A stretch of 32,000 nt of DNA from Alistipes senegalensis JC50. Its GTDB lineage: Bacteria > Bacteroidota > Bacteroidia > Bacteroidales > Rikenellaceae. The notes below the pieces were generated by a model. The model ran no database searches. It was not told where the DNA came from and saw only the letters and a list, made by a program, of their open reading frames with translations. This document shows, piece after piece, positions 21,482-28,883 of the stretch; position 1 is the stretch's first letter, and each line of letters begins with the position of its first letter. A program made the position numbers and the translations under genes. The stretch covers positions 943,181 through 975,180 of the forward strand of contig NZ_CP102252.1 in NCBI RefSeq assembly GCF_025145645.1. The letters are read 5' to 3'.

Positions 21482-22354
21482 TTACTTATAGCTTATTATA
21501 AGCACTTTAGACGTTTCCCAGAAGCGCACGGGATCGGTAATGACCAATTTCTCGACGACCTTGTCGCCGGCTGTCACCAGCTGATACGAATCCTCGGGAT
21601 GCGACGTGACGACCGAAGCCCTTTTCTGTCCGACGGGAATCTCCGACAGCAGGCGCGAATCGGCCGCCGTGAAACTGTCCAGATTGCCGGTCCTGCCCAC
21701 CGTCAGCGTCCGGCCGATGAATCCCTGCTTGTTGATGATCTGTGCGTCGCGCAACTCCTTCTCGGGCCCCACGATGTAATAGACCGTGTTGAGCTGGTTC
21801 TGCAACTCGATCTTCTCGCCGCTGAGGTTCTCGACTTCGGCGCTGCGGACGGCCACTTCCTGAGAAAGGCTCTCGACTTCGACGCCCATTTGCGCCAGCC
21901 TTTCACGCAGCCGGTCCACCTCGGCCGACTTTTCCCCGAGCTGCGCGTTCATGTCGGCGATCATCTTTTCCAGGCTCTCGATACGCAGGTTGGACTTGCG
22001 CAGCAAGGCTGCCGAACGCTGCAACGAAGCGATTTTGTCTTTATTCTCCCGCAACAGTCGGTCGATGGCCGCGATGTCGTTGTTGATCTCCTCCACGGGG
22101 CGGCGTCCTCCCTCAGCCTCGCCGGCCACGGTGATGAGATTCTCGCGCGACTTGATCAGCGCGAGGTTCTCCGAAATGGCGTTGATGTCCGCGAACACGG
22201 CGTTGATGAGCGAATCCTTGGCGCTGACGACCGTCGCCAGCGAATCGCGCTGGCTCTCGGCCTCGACGACGACCTGCCGTCCGACGCACGACGCAAGGGC
22301 TGCTGCGGCGCCCAGCGCCGCGGCGAATACGATCTGTTTCATGCAGTTTTTCAT
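21482..22354 (-). CDS. Lipoprotein with long central coiled-coil and C-terminal globular domain (function unknown)
   Basis: The signal peptide and lipobox are ...AAALASC. About 170 aa are heptad-like (LQRSAALLRKSNLRIESLEKMIADMNAQLGEKSAEVDRLRERLAQ...). The start could alternatively be the second Met at 22342. Confidence 0.6.
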   Translation of the reverse strand: MKNCMKQIVFAAALGAAAALASCVGRQVVVEAESQRDSLATVVSAKDSLINAVFADINAISENLALIKSRENLITVAGEAEGGRRPVEEINNDIAAIDRLLRENKDKIASLQRSAALLRKSNLRIESLEKMIADMNAQLGEKSAEVDRLRERLAQMGVEVESLSQEVAVRSAEVENLSGEKIELQNQLNTVYYIVGPEKELRDAQIINKQGFIGRTLTVGRTGNLDSFTAADSRLLSEIPVGQKRASVVTSHPEDSYQLVTAGDKVVEKLVITDPVRFWETSKVLIISYK

Positions 22355-22391
22355 AATTACGATCAGATTGAAATCCTGTTTGCCTGCACCG

Positions 22392-22399
22392 CAAATATA
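22392..22399 (-). promoter_or_regulatory. -7 box (TATATTTG on the minus strand) for the lipoprotein gene
   Basis: Plus-strand CAAATATA lies 38 nt upstream of ATG 22354. Confidence 0.45.
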
Positions 22400-22472
22400 G
22401 ATATAAAAACAGTATGTCGTTCAACTATTTCGCCGCCGGACGCAAAAAAATCCCGAAGCTGCGCCGTCGTGT

Positions 22473-22510
22473 AAAAAACAACGGGCCGCAACCTCCGGTT
22501 ACGGCCCGTT
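22473..22510 (-). terminator. Intrinsic terminator after the L31 gene
   Basis: Minus strand: AACGGGCCG, 13-nt loop, CGGCCCGTT, then GTTTTTT. Confidence 0.7.
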
Positions 22511-22534
22511 TCGGGATCGAAACGCACAGCGCGA

Positions 22535-22801
22535 TTACTTTGCGTTCTTCTTATCGTAGCGTTTTGCGTAGCGGCTCATAAACTTATCGACGCGACCTGC
22601 GGTGTCAACCAACTTCATCTTACCGGTGTAGAACGGGTGCGACGTGTTGGAAATTTCCATCTTATACACGGGATAGGTTTCGCCGTTCACTTCGATGGTC
22701 TCTTTTGTCGAAACGGCGGACCGACACAAAAACACGTGGTCGTTGGACATGTCCTTGAACGCCACCAAACGATAATTTTCCGGATGAATACCCTTTTTCA
22801 T
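22535..22801 (-). CDS. rpmE: 50S ribosomal protein L31, type B (no CxxC zinc ribbon)
   Basis: 88 aa starting MKKGIHPENY...HPFYTGK. It has a single Cys and a C-terminal extension typical of type B. Confidence 0.9.
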   Translation of the reverse strand: MKKGIHPENYRLVAFKDMSNDHVFLCRSAVSTKETIEVNGETYPVYKMEISNTSHPFYTGKMKLVDTAGRVDKFMSRYAKRYDKKNAK

Positions 22802-22838
22802 TTCGCTGTTTTTGTTTTAATGAATGATTTTGTCGCGG

Positions 22839-22846
22839 CAAAGGTA
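22839..22846 (-). promoter_or_regulatory. -7 box (TACCTTTG on the minus strand) for the L31 gene
   Basis: Plus-strand CAAAGGTA lies 38 nt upstream of the ATG. Confidence 0.45.
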
Positions 22847-22859
22847 GAAAAAAATTGAG

Positions 22860-22890
22860 AATTAAAAATTAAAAATTAAAAATTATTTTT
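22860..22890. repeat. AT-only heptamer tandem repeat (AAAAATT x3.5)
   Basis: TT dinucleotides occur at 22862, 22869, 22876 and 22883 (period 7) and the tract ends in T5. It lies in the divergent L31 / tRNA(CAT) intergenic region. Confidence 0.6.
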
Positions 22891-22963
22891 CAGGGAGCCC
22901 CAAAAACAAGGTTCACGGTAAAGAGTTTTTTTCCGACAGCACTGGGATTTGCTGATTTTTTTT

Positions 22964-22971
22964 TATCTTTG
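22964..22971 (+). promoter_or_regulatory. -7 box TATCTTTG for tRNA(CAT)
   Basis: Exact consensus match 33 nt upstream of the tRNA 5' end. The leader contains a small hairpin GCGCCT CCGC AGGCGC (22982-22997). Confidence 0.5.
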
Positions 22972-23003
22972 CGCCACGCAAGCGCCTCCGCAGGCGCAGG
23001 ACC

Positions 23004-23077
23004 GGGCCCATAGCTCAGTCGGTCAGAGCAGCGGACTCATAATCCGAAGGTCGTGGGATCATGCCCCTCTGGGCCCA
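23004..23077 (+). tRNA. tRNA with anticodon CAT (elongator Met or lysidine-modified Ile2; not resolvable by eye) with a non-canonical T-loop
   Basis: GGGCCCA TA GCTC AGTCGGTCA GAGC A GCGGA CTCATAA TCCGA AGGTC GTGGG ATCATGC CCCTC TGGGCCC A. It is not an initiator (no 3 G-C pairs closing the anticodon stem). The T-loop is ATCATGC instead of TTCRANY. Confidence 0.75.
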
Positions 23078-23084
23078 CTGAAAA

Positions 23085-23113
23085 GGGGCTGTCTGAAATT
23101 GTCAGACAGCCCC
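23085..23113. terminator. Bidirectional terminator between tRNA(CAT) and the acyl-CoA synthetase gene
   Basis: A4, then GGGGCTGTCTGA, loop AATTG, TCAGACAGCCCC, then T5. Confidence 0.8.
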
Positions 23114-23121
23114 TTTTTCCG

Positions 23122-24777
23122 TTATTTCCCGTCCGCCGAGCGGATCTCCGTGCGGCGTATCTTGCCGCTGATGGTCTTGGGCAGCGACTCCACGAACTCG
23201 ATCACGCGCGGATATTTATAAGGTGCCGTGATGCGTTTCACATGGTCCTGCAACTCCTTGACGAGCGCCTCCCCGGCCTGCGCGCGGTATTTCTCCGCAA
23301 GGATGATCGTCGCCTTGACCACCTGCCCGCGAATCTCGTCGGGAACGCCCGTGATGGCGCACTCCACCACCGCAGGATGGGTCATCAGCGCACTTTCGAC
23401 CTCGAAAGGCCCGATGCGGTAGCCCGAACTCTTGATCACGTCGTCGGCGCGTCCCACGAACCAGTAATATCCGTCCTCGTCGCGCCACGCCATGTCGCCC
23501 GTGTAGTAGATCCCGTCGTGCCACGCCTCGTGCGTCAGTTCCTCGTTGAGATAATACTCCTTGAAAAGCCCCAGCGGCTTGCCTCCGTCGGTGCGGATCA
23601 CGATCTGCCCCTGCTCGCCGTCCTCGGCCGAACGGCCGTCGGAGGTCACGAGGTCGATCCTGTACTGGGGATTGGGCATGCCCATGCTTCCGGGCTTGGG
23701 TTCCATCCACGGAAAGGTCGCCAGCGTCAGCGTGGTTTCGGTCTGGCCGAAGCCCTCCATCAGACGGATGCCCATCAGACGCTGGAACGTGTCGTACACG
23801 GCGCCGTTCAGCGCCTCGCCGGCCGTCGTGCAGTACTCCAGCGACGAGAGGTCGTATTTCGTGAGGTCCTCGCGGATGAGGAAGCGGTAGATCGTCGGAG
23901 GCGCGCACAGCGACGTGATGCGGTACTGTTCGATCTTGTGCAGAATCTCCGCGGGCGTGAACTTCTCGTGGTCGTAAACGAAGATATTGGCCCCGGCCAG
24001 CCATTGCCCGTAGAGTTTGCCCCACGCGGCCTTGGCCCACCCCGTGTCGGCGATCGTCAGGTGCAGGCTCCCTTCGTGGAGGTTGTGCCACAGCAGGCCC
24101 GTGGTGATGTGACCCAGCGGATAGGTGAAATCGTGGGCCACCATCTTCGGCTCGCCCGTCGTTCCCGACGTGAAATACATCATCATGATGTCGTCGTTGG
24201 CGTTCGCCCGCTCCGGACGCACGAAGGGTTCAGCCCCGGCAATGCCCTCGTGAAAGTCGAGAAAGCCCGCGGGAACCTCGGGACCCACGCTTATCAGCAC
24301 CTCCGCAGTGGGGCTTTCGGGCATGGCCGCCGCGATATGGTCGGTGATGACCGTCTCGCCCGCCGCCACGATCGCCTTGATCCGGGCCATGTTGCAGCGG
24401 TAAACGATGTCCTTCTTGGTCAGCAGGTGGGTCGCGGGAATCACCACCGCCCCCAGCTTGTGCAGCGCGAGGATCGAGAACCAGAATTCGTAGCGGCGTT
24501 TGAGAATCAGCATCACCGCGTCGCCCTTGCCGATGCCGAGGCTCCGGAACCACGAGGCCGTGCGGTCACTCTCGCGTTTGAGGTCGGCGAAAGTGAACTG
24601 AATCTCCTCGCCCTGGTCGTTGGTCCACAGCAGGGCCTTTTTGTCGGGCTGCTCCGCGGCATAGGCGTCAACAACGTCGTAGGCGAAATTGAAATTTTCG
24701 GGAACGCGGATATGCAGGTTCCTGCGGAAATCCTCCTGCGACGCAAAGGAGGTCTGCGTTAAAAATCGTTCTACCAT
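23122..24777 (-). CDS. AMP-forming acyl-CoA synthetase (medium-chain/acetyl-CoA synthetase-like adenylating enzyme)
   Basis: 551 aa with the AMP-binding motif YFTSGTTGEPK, plus YYTGD and GRADDVIKSSGYRIGPFEVE. Confidence 0.85.
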   Translation of the reverse strand: MVERFLTQTSFASQEDFRRNLHIRVPENFNFAYDVVDAYAAEQPDKKALLWTNDQGEEIQFTFADLKRESDRTASWFRSLGIGKGDAVMLILKRRYEFWFSILALHKLGAVVIPATHLLTKKDIVYRCNMARIKAIVAAGETVITDHIAAAMPESPTAEVLISVGPEVPAGFLDFHEGIAGAEPFVRPERANANDDIMMMYFTSGTTGEPKMVAHDFTYPLGHITTGLLWHNLHEGSLHLTIADTGWAKAAWGKLYGQWLAGANIFVYDHEKFTPAEILHKIEQYRITSLCAPPTIYRFLIREDLTKYDLSSLEYCTTAGEALNGAVYDTFQRLMGIRLMEGFGQTETTLTLATFPWMEPKPGSMGMPNPQYRIDLVTSDGRSAEDGEQGQIVIRTDGGKPLGLFKEYYLNEELTHEAWHDGIYYTGDMAWRDEDGYYWFVGRADDVIKSSGYRIGPFEVESALMTHPAVVECAITGVPDEIRGQVVKATIILAEKYRAQAGEALVKELQDHVKRITAPYKYPRVIEFVESLPKTISGKIRRTEIRSADGK

Positions 24778-24780
24778 AGC

Positions 24781-25338
24781 TTACATGATTATGGCCAGGA
24801 AACGGACCGTTTTTCCGTCGAGGGCTTTCATTCCGTGGGGCTGCGCCGAGTCGAAATAGAGGCTGTCGCCCGGTTCGAGCTCGAACTCCCGGCCGTTCAG
24901 GCTGATCAGCAGGCGCCCCTCCAGCACGTAGTTCATCTCCTGCCCGTCGTGGGAGTTCAGGTGCATCGGGGCGTCGGCCGGAGCCGGCTCCACCGTCACG
25001 ATGAAGGGGTCGATCTTCCGGCCGCGGAATCCCGAGGCCAGCGCCTCGTAGCGGTACGCCTCGCGGCGCTCCACCGCCACGCCCTTTCCGGCGCGGGTGA
25101 TGAAATAGGAGTTCATCCGGGGCTCCTCGCCGAACATCAGCACGTCGAGGCTGATCCCGTAATGGCGGGATATGGTTTGCAGCACGTTGACCGAAAAGTC
25201 GGTCCGCCCGCTCTCCATGGCCCGGTATTGTTCGAGGGTCAGACGGCAGCTTTCAGCCACCTCCTGCTCCGACAGTTCGAGCACTTCACGCAGCCCGCGC
25301 AGACGGGTTGCGATCGATTGAATAGGATCGTCACACAT
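24781..25338 (-). CDS. XRE-family HTH + cupin-domain transcriptional regulator
   Basis: Start placed at MCDDPIQSIATRLRGLRE (ATG complement 25336-25338). It has an N-terminal HTH_XRE and a C-terminal cupin (GQEMNYVLEGRL...GDSLYFDSAQPHG). Its stop is 3 nt before the synthetase ATG, which implies an operon. Confidence 0.8.
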   Translation of the reverse strand: MCDDPIQSIATRLRGLREVLELSEQEVAESCRLTLEQYRAMESGRTDFSVNVLQTISRHYGISLDVLMFGEEPRMNSYFITRAGKGVAVERREAYRYEALASGFRGRKIDPFIVTVEPAPADAPMHLNSHDGQEMNYVLEGRLLISLNGREFELEPGDSLYFDSAQPHGMKALDGKTVRFLAIIM

Positions 25339-25400
25339 GGTCGTATCGTTTGTTTGGGTAAATCCGAGCCGCCCTAACCACAGCGGCAAGTCCGCGGTAA

Positions 25401-25424
25401 ATATACTGAAAATTTTCAATATAT
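25401..25424. promoter_or_regulatory. 24-bp imperfect palindrome in the XRE / his divergent region
   Basis: ATATACTGAAAA / TTTTCAATATAT with one mismatched pair. It overlaps a 7/8 minus-strand -7 box (TATATTTA, plus 25398-25405). Confidence 0.35.
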
Positions 25425-25465
25425 ACTTAGGTGCGGCGGCTGCCGGTCAAAAAAACGGTCCGAAT

Positions 25466-25497
25466 TTTGGTTTTTCCGAATGGAATCGCTATATTTG
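25466..25497 (+). promoter_or_regulatory. his operon promoter (-33 TTTG, -7 TATATTTG)
   Basis: TTTG at 25466-25469, a 20-nt spacer, then TATATTTG at 25490-25497. The leader ATG lies 19 nt downstream of the box. Confidence 0.6.
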
Positions 25498-25515
25498 CAT
25501 CCGAAGAGAACGACA

Positions 25516-25569
25516 ATGACGACTTTCAACCATATCCATCATCACCATCACCGCTTTACCGAGGGGTAG
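25516..25569 (+). CDS. hisL: his operon leader peptide MTTFNHIHHHHHRFTEG (17 aa)
   Basis: The reading is ATG ACG ACT TTC AAC CAT ATC CAT CAT CAC CAT CAC CGC TTT ACC GAG GGG TAG. Six of seven consecutive codons are His. It sits between a consensus promoter and an intrinsic terminator, upstream of hisG. Confidence 0.75.
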   Translation: MTTFNHIHHHHHRFTEG

Positions 25570-25606
25570 GTCGATCATGTATATGTGAAACAACGCAATT
25601 ATATGA

Positions 25607-25633
25607 AGCTCACCCCCTGCGGGTGGGCTTTTT
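25607..25633 (+). terminator. Attenuator terminator of the his leader
   Basis: AGCTCACCC (25607-25615), loop CCTGC, GGGTGGGCT (25621-25629; 9 bp with one G.U), then the T-run 25629-25633. It lies 57 nt upstream of the hisG ATG. Confidence 0.75.
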
Positions 25634-25689
25634 CATATGCCGGGCCGCAGGTGGGTGTCCGAAACGAAAACAATCAACACACACCGAAT

Positions 25690-26541
25690 ATGCTGAGAAT
25701 AGCCATCCAGGCCAAGGGCCGACTGAACGAACAGAGTATCGAACTGCTTTCCGAAGCAGGCATCCGCGTTGCCGAGAGCAAACGCAAACTCATCTCCCGC
25801 GCCGAGGGATTCCCGCTGGAAGTCCTCTACCTGCGCGACGACGACATCCCGCAGGCCGTGGCCATGGGCGTCGCCGATGTGGGCATCGTGGGGCTGAACG
25901 AGGTCGCCGAGAAGGGCTTCACCGTCGAACAGGTCATGGACCTCGGGTTCGGGGGCTGCCGCATCTCGCTGGCCGTGCCCAAATCCACCCCCTACGAGGG
26001 TCCCGACTTCTTCCGCGGCAAGCGCGTCGCCACCTCCTACCCCAACATCCTCGCCCGCTACTTCGCCGAGCGCGGCATCGAGGCCGAGATCCACACCATC
26101 GAGGGTTCCGTGGAGATCGCCCCGGCCGTGGGCATGGCCGACGCCATCTTCGACATCGTTTCCTCGGGCGGCACGCTCATCTCGAACGGGCTCACGGAGG
26201 TCGAAAAGGTCTTCTTCTCCGAGGCGGTGCTCATCGCCTGCCCCGGGCTCGACAGCGACAAGCGCCGCGAGATGAAGCAGCTGACGTTCCGTTTCAACTC
26301 GATCCTCGACAGCCGCGGAATGAAATACGTGCTGATGAACCTCCCGAAGGAGCGGCTCGACGACGCCATCCGCATTCTCCCCGGCATGCGCAGCCCGACG
26401 GTGCTGCCGCTGGCGCAGGAGGGATGGTGCTCGATCCACGCCGTGATCGCCCAGGAGCAGCTCTGGGAGCGCATCGAACGTCTCAAAGAGATCGGAGCCG
26501 AAGGCATCCTGATCCTGGCCCTCGAAAACATGATCCGCTGA
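25690..26541 (+). CDS. hisG: ATP phosphoribosyltransferase, long form
   Basis: Start moved to ATG 25690 (MLRIAIQAKGRLNEQS). At 283 aa it includes the C-terminal regulatory domain. Confidence 0.95.
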   Translation: MLRIAIQAKGRLNEQSIELLSEAGIRVAESKRKLISRAEGFPLEVLYLRDDDIPQAVAMGVADVGIVGLNEVAEKGFTVEQVMDLGFGGCRISLAVPKSTPYEGPDFFRGKRVATSYPNILARYFAERGIEAEIHTIEGSVEIAPAVGMADAIFDIVSSGGTLISNGLTEVEKVFFSEAVLIACPGLDSDKRREMKQLTFRFNSILDSRGMKYVLMNLPKERLDDAIRILPGMRSPTVLPLAQEGWCSIHAVIAQEQLWERIERLKEIGAEGILILALENMIR

Positions 26542-26556
26542 AAATCCGAACCCGAT

Positions 26557-27852
26557 ATGGAAATCCTCAACATCTACCCCAACCCCGAACGCTCCGAGTG
26601 GGCGGCCCTCACCGAACGCTGCACGCGCCGGGAGGAGGAGATCACCCGTCAGGTGGCCTCGATTCTCGACGAGGTGCGCACCGGCGGCGACCGGGCCCTG
26701 CGCGACATCACCCGCCGCATCGAGGGGCGCGACTGCAAAACGTTCGAAGTCCCCGCCGATGTCCGCCGCGCGGCCGCAGCGCTCATTCCCGAAGCGCTGA
26801 AGGAGGCCCTCGACACCGCCAAGGCCAATATCGAAGCCTTCCACCGCGCCCAGCTGCCCCCCGAGGTCAGCGTCGAACCGATGCCGGGCGTGCGGTGCGT
26901 CCAGCGCGCGCTGCCCATCCGCCGCGTGGGGCTCTACATCCCCGGCGGCAAAGCCCCGCTGTTCTCCACGGTGCTGATGCTGGCCGTTCCGGCCCGCGTC
27001 GCCGGATGCCCGGAGGTCGTGCTCTGCACCCCCGCGCGTCCCGACGGCACCATAGCCCCCGAAATCCTCTATGCCGCCGACCTCTGCGGCGTGGACCGCG
27101 TCTACGCCGTGGGCGGCGCGCAGGCCGTGGCGGCCCTGGCCTACGGCACCGAGAGCATCCCGCGCGTGGACAAGATCTTCGGTCCCGGCAACCGCTACGT
27201 CACCAAAGCCAAACAGTTGGTCGGCGCCAACGACGTGGCCGTCGATCTCCCGGCGGGCCCCTCGGAGGTGCTCGTGCTGGCCGACGACGAAGCGTCGCCC
27301 GACTTCGCCGCCGCCGACCTCCTCTCGCAGGCCGAACACGGAGGCGACAGCCAGGCGGTGCTGGTCTGCGCCTCGGAACGCTTTGCCCGCGACACCCGGC
27401 GCGCCGTCGAAGAGCAGTTGCAACAGCTTCAGCGCGGCGACACCATCCGCGAAGCGCTCCGCCAGAGCCGCATCGTGGTGCTCGACAGCCGCGAGAAGAT
27501 GATCGCCTTCGCCAACGCCTACGCTCCCGAGCACCTGATCGTCTCGATGCGCGACGCTTGGGAGGCCGCGGCGCAGATCACCGCCGCCGGCAGCGTCTTC
27601 ATCGGGCCGTGGTCGCCCGAGAGCGCCGGCGACTACGCCTCGGGCACCAACCACACGCTGCCCACGGGCGGCTGGGCGCGGGCTTACAGCGGCGTGAACA
27701 CCGATTCGTTCCTGCGCAAGATCACCTATCAGGAACTCACCCGCGACGGGCTTTCGGCCCTCTCCCCGGCGATCGTCGCCATGGCCGAGGCCGAAGGGCT
27801 CGGGGCGCACGCCGCCGCAGTCCGCGTCCGTCTGAAAAAAGAGCGCCCATGA
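26557..27852 (+). CDS. hisD: Histidinol dehydrogenase
   Basis: 431 aa with [12 protein letters not shown] and [13 protein letters not shown] motifs. Confidence 0.96.
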   Translation: MEILNIYPNPERSEWAALTERCTRREEEITRQVASILDEVRTGGDRALRDITRRIEGRDCKTFEVPADVRRAAAALIPEALKEALDTAKANIEAFHRAQLPPEVSVEPMPGVRCVQRALPIRRVGLYIPGGKAPLFSTVLMLAVPARVAGCPEVVLCTPARPDGTIAPEILYAADLCGVDRVYAVGGAQAVAALAYGTESIPRVDKIFGPGNRYVTKAKQLVGANDVAVDLPAGPSEVLVLADDEASPDFAAADLLSQAEHGGDSQAVLVCASERFARDTRRAVEEQLQQLQRGDTIREALRQSRIVVLDSREKMIAFANAYAPEHLIVSMRDAWEAAAQITAAGSVFIGPWSPESAGDYASGTNHTLPTGGWARAYSGVNTDSFLRKITYQELTRDGLSALSPAIVAMAEAEGLGAHAAAVRVRLKKERP

Positions 27853-28883
27853 AGACCCTCGAACAACTCGTGCGCCCCAACATCCGGACGCTGAAACCCT
27901 ACTCCACGGCCCGCGACGAATACGCCGGCGGGGAGATCACGACGTGGCTCGATGCCAACGAAAACCCCTACGAAAACGGCGTCAACCGCTACCCCGACCC
28001 GCACCAGAAGGAGCTGAAACGGCGCATCGCCGCGCTGAAAGGCGTGCGCGAAGAGCAGGTTTTCATCGGCAACGGCAGCGACGAGGCCATCGACCTCGCC
28101 TACCGCATCTTCTGCCGTCCGGGCACAGACAACGCCGTTTCGATCGCCCCGACCTACGGCATGTACCGCGTCGCCGCCGACATCAACGACATCGAGATGC
28201 GCGAGGTGCCCCTCGGCGAGGAGTTCTCGCTCCCGGTCGAAGCGCTGCTGGCCGCGGCCGACGAACGCACCAAACTGCTGTGGCTCTGTTCGCCGAACAA
28301 CCCCACGGGCAACGCCTTCCCGGCGGCCGACATCGAACGGCTCATCCGCCGTTTCGACGGCATGGTCGTGCTCGACGAAGCCTACATCGACTTCGCCTCC
28401 GGACCGGGATTCCTCGCGCGGCTCGACGAGTTCGAGAACCTCATCGTCCTGCAAACCCTCTCCAAAGCGTGGGGCATGGCGGGACTGCGCCTCGGGCTGG
28501 CCTTCGCGTCGGCCCCCGTCGCAGAGCTCTTCGCCCGCGTGAAATATCCCTACAACATCAACTGCCTGGCGCAGGCCGCCGTCGCCGAACGGCTCTCGTT
28601 CGACATCGCAGGGCAGGTGGCGCAGCTCCGCGCCGAGCGCGACGCCATCGCCCGGGCCCTCGCGGCATGCCCCGCCATCGAACGGGTCTACCCCTCGGAG
28701 GCCAATTTCGTGCTGGTCCGCACCCCCGATCCCGACCGCCTTTACGACGCGCTGATCGCCGCCGGCGTCATCGTCCGCAACCGCTCGCGCATCCCGGGGT
28801 GCGAAGGGTGCCTGCGCATCACCGTCGGGACGCCCGAGGAGAATGTCCGGATGCTGGAAACCGTCAAAAATTTCACCCTATGA
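27849..28883 (+). CDS. hisC: Histidinol-phosphate aminotransferase
   Basis: ATG 27849 overlaps the hisD stop (ATGA). The sequence begins [25 protein letters not shown] and has the PLP-Lys motif [13 protein letters not shown]. It is the last 345 codons of the artefactual 1150-aa frame 25431-28883. Confidence 0.95.
   Translation: MKTLEQLVRPNIRTLKPYSTARDEYAGGEITTWLDANENPYENGVNRYPDPHQKELKRRIAALKGVREEQVFIGNGSDEAIDLAYRIFCRPGTDNAVSIAPTYGMYRVAADINDIEMREVPLGEEFSLPVEALLAAADERTKLLWLCSPNNPTGNAFPAADIERLIRRFDGMVVLDEAYIDFASGPGFLARLDEFENLIVLQTLSKAWGMAGLRLGLAFASAPVAELFARVKYPYNINCLAQAAVAERLSFDIAGQVAQLRAERDAIARALAACPAIERVYPSEANFVLVRTPDPDRLYDALIAAGVIVRNRSRIPGCEGCLRITVGTPEENVRMLETVKNFTL

Noticed and set aside
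22860-22890. Tandem repeat considered as a CRISPR array, or as a phase-variation tract inside a gene
   Set aside because: The unit is only 7 nt with no spacers, and the tract is intergenic. It is far too short for a CRISPR array and does not lie in a reading frame.
25633-27810. 725-aa minus-strand ORF antisense to hisG/hisD, and similar ORFs at 28742-29905, 29698-30543, 30497-31168 and 31279-31998
   Set aside because: They are antisense or out-of-frame to well-supported his genes. Their composition is typical of GC-rich shadow ORFs.
25431-28883. 1150-aa ORF spanning the his leader through hisC
   Set aside because: Only the last 345 codons (from ATG 27849) give a real protein, HisC. The upstream part is an Arg/Pro/Gly-rich out-of-frame read-through of hisG and hisD.
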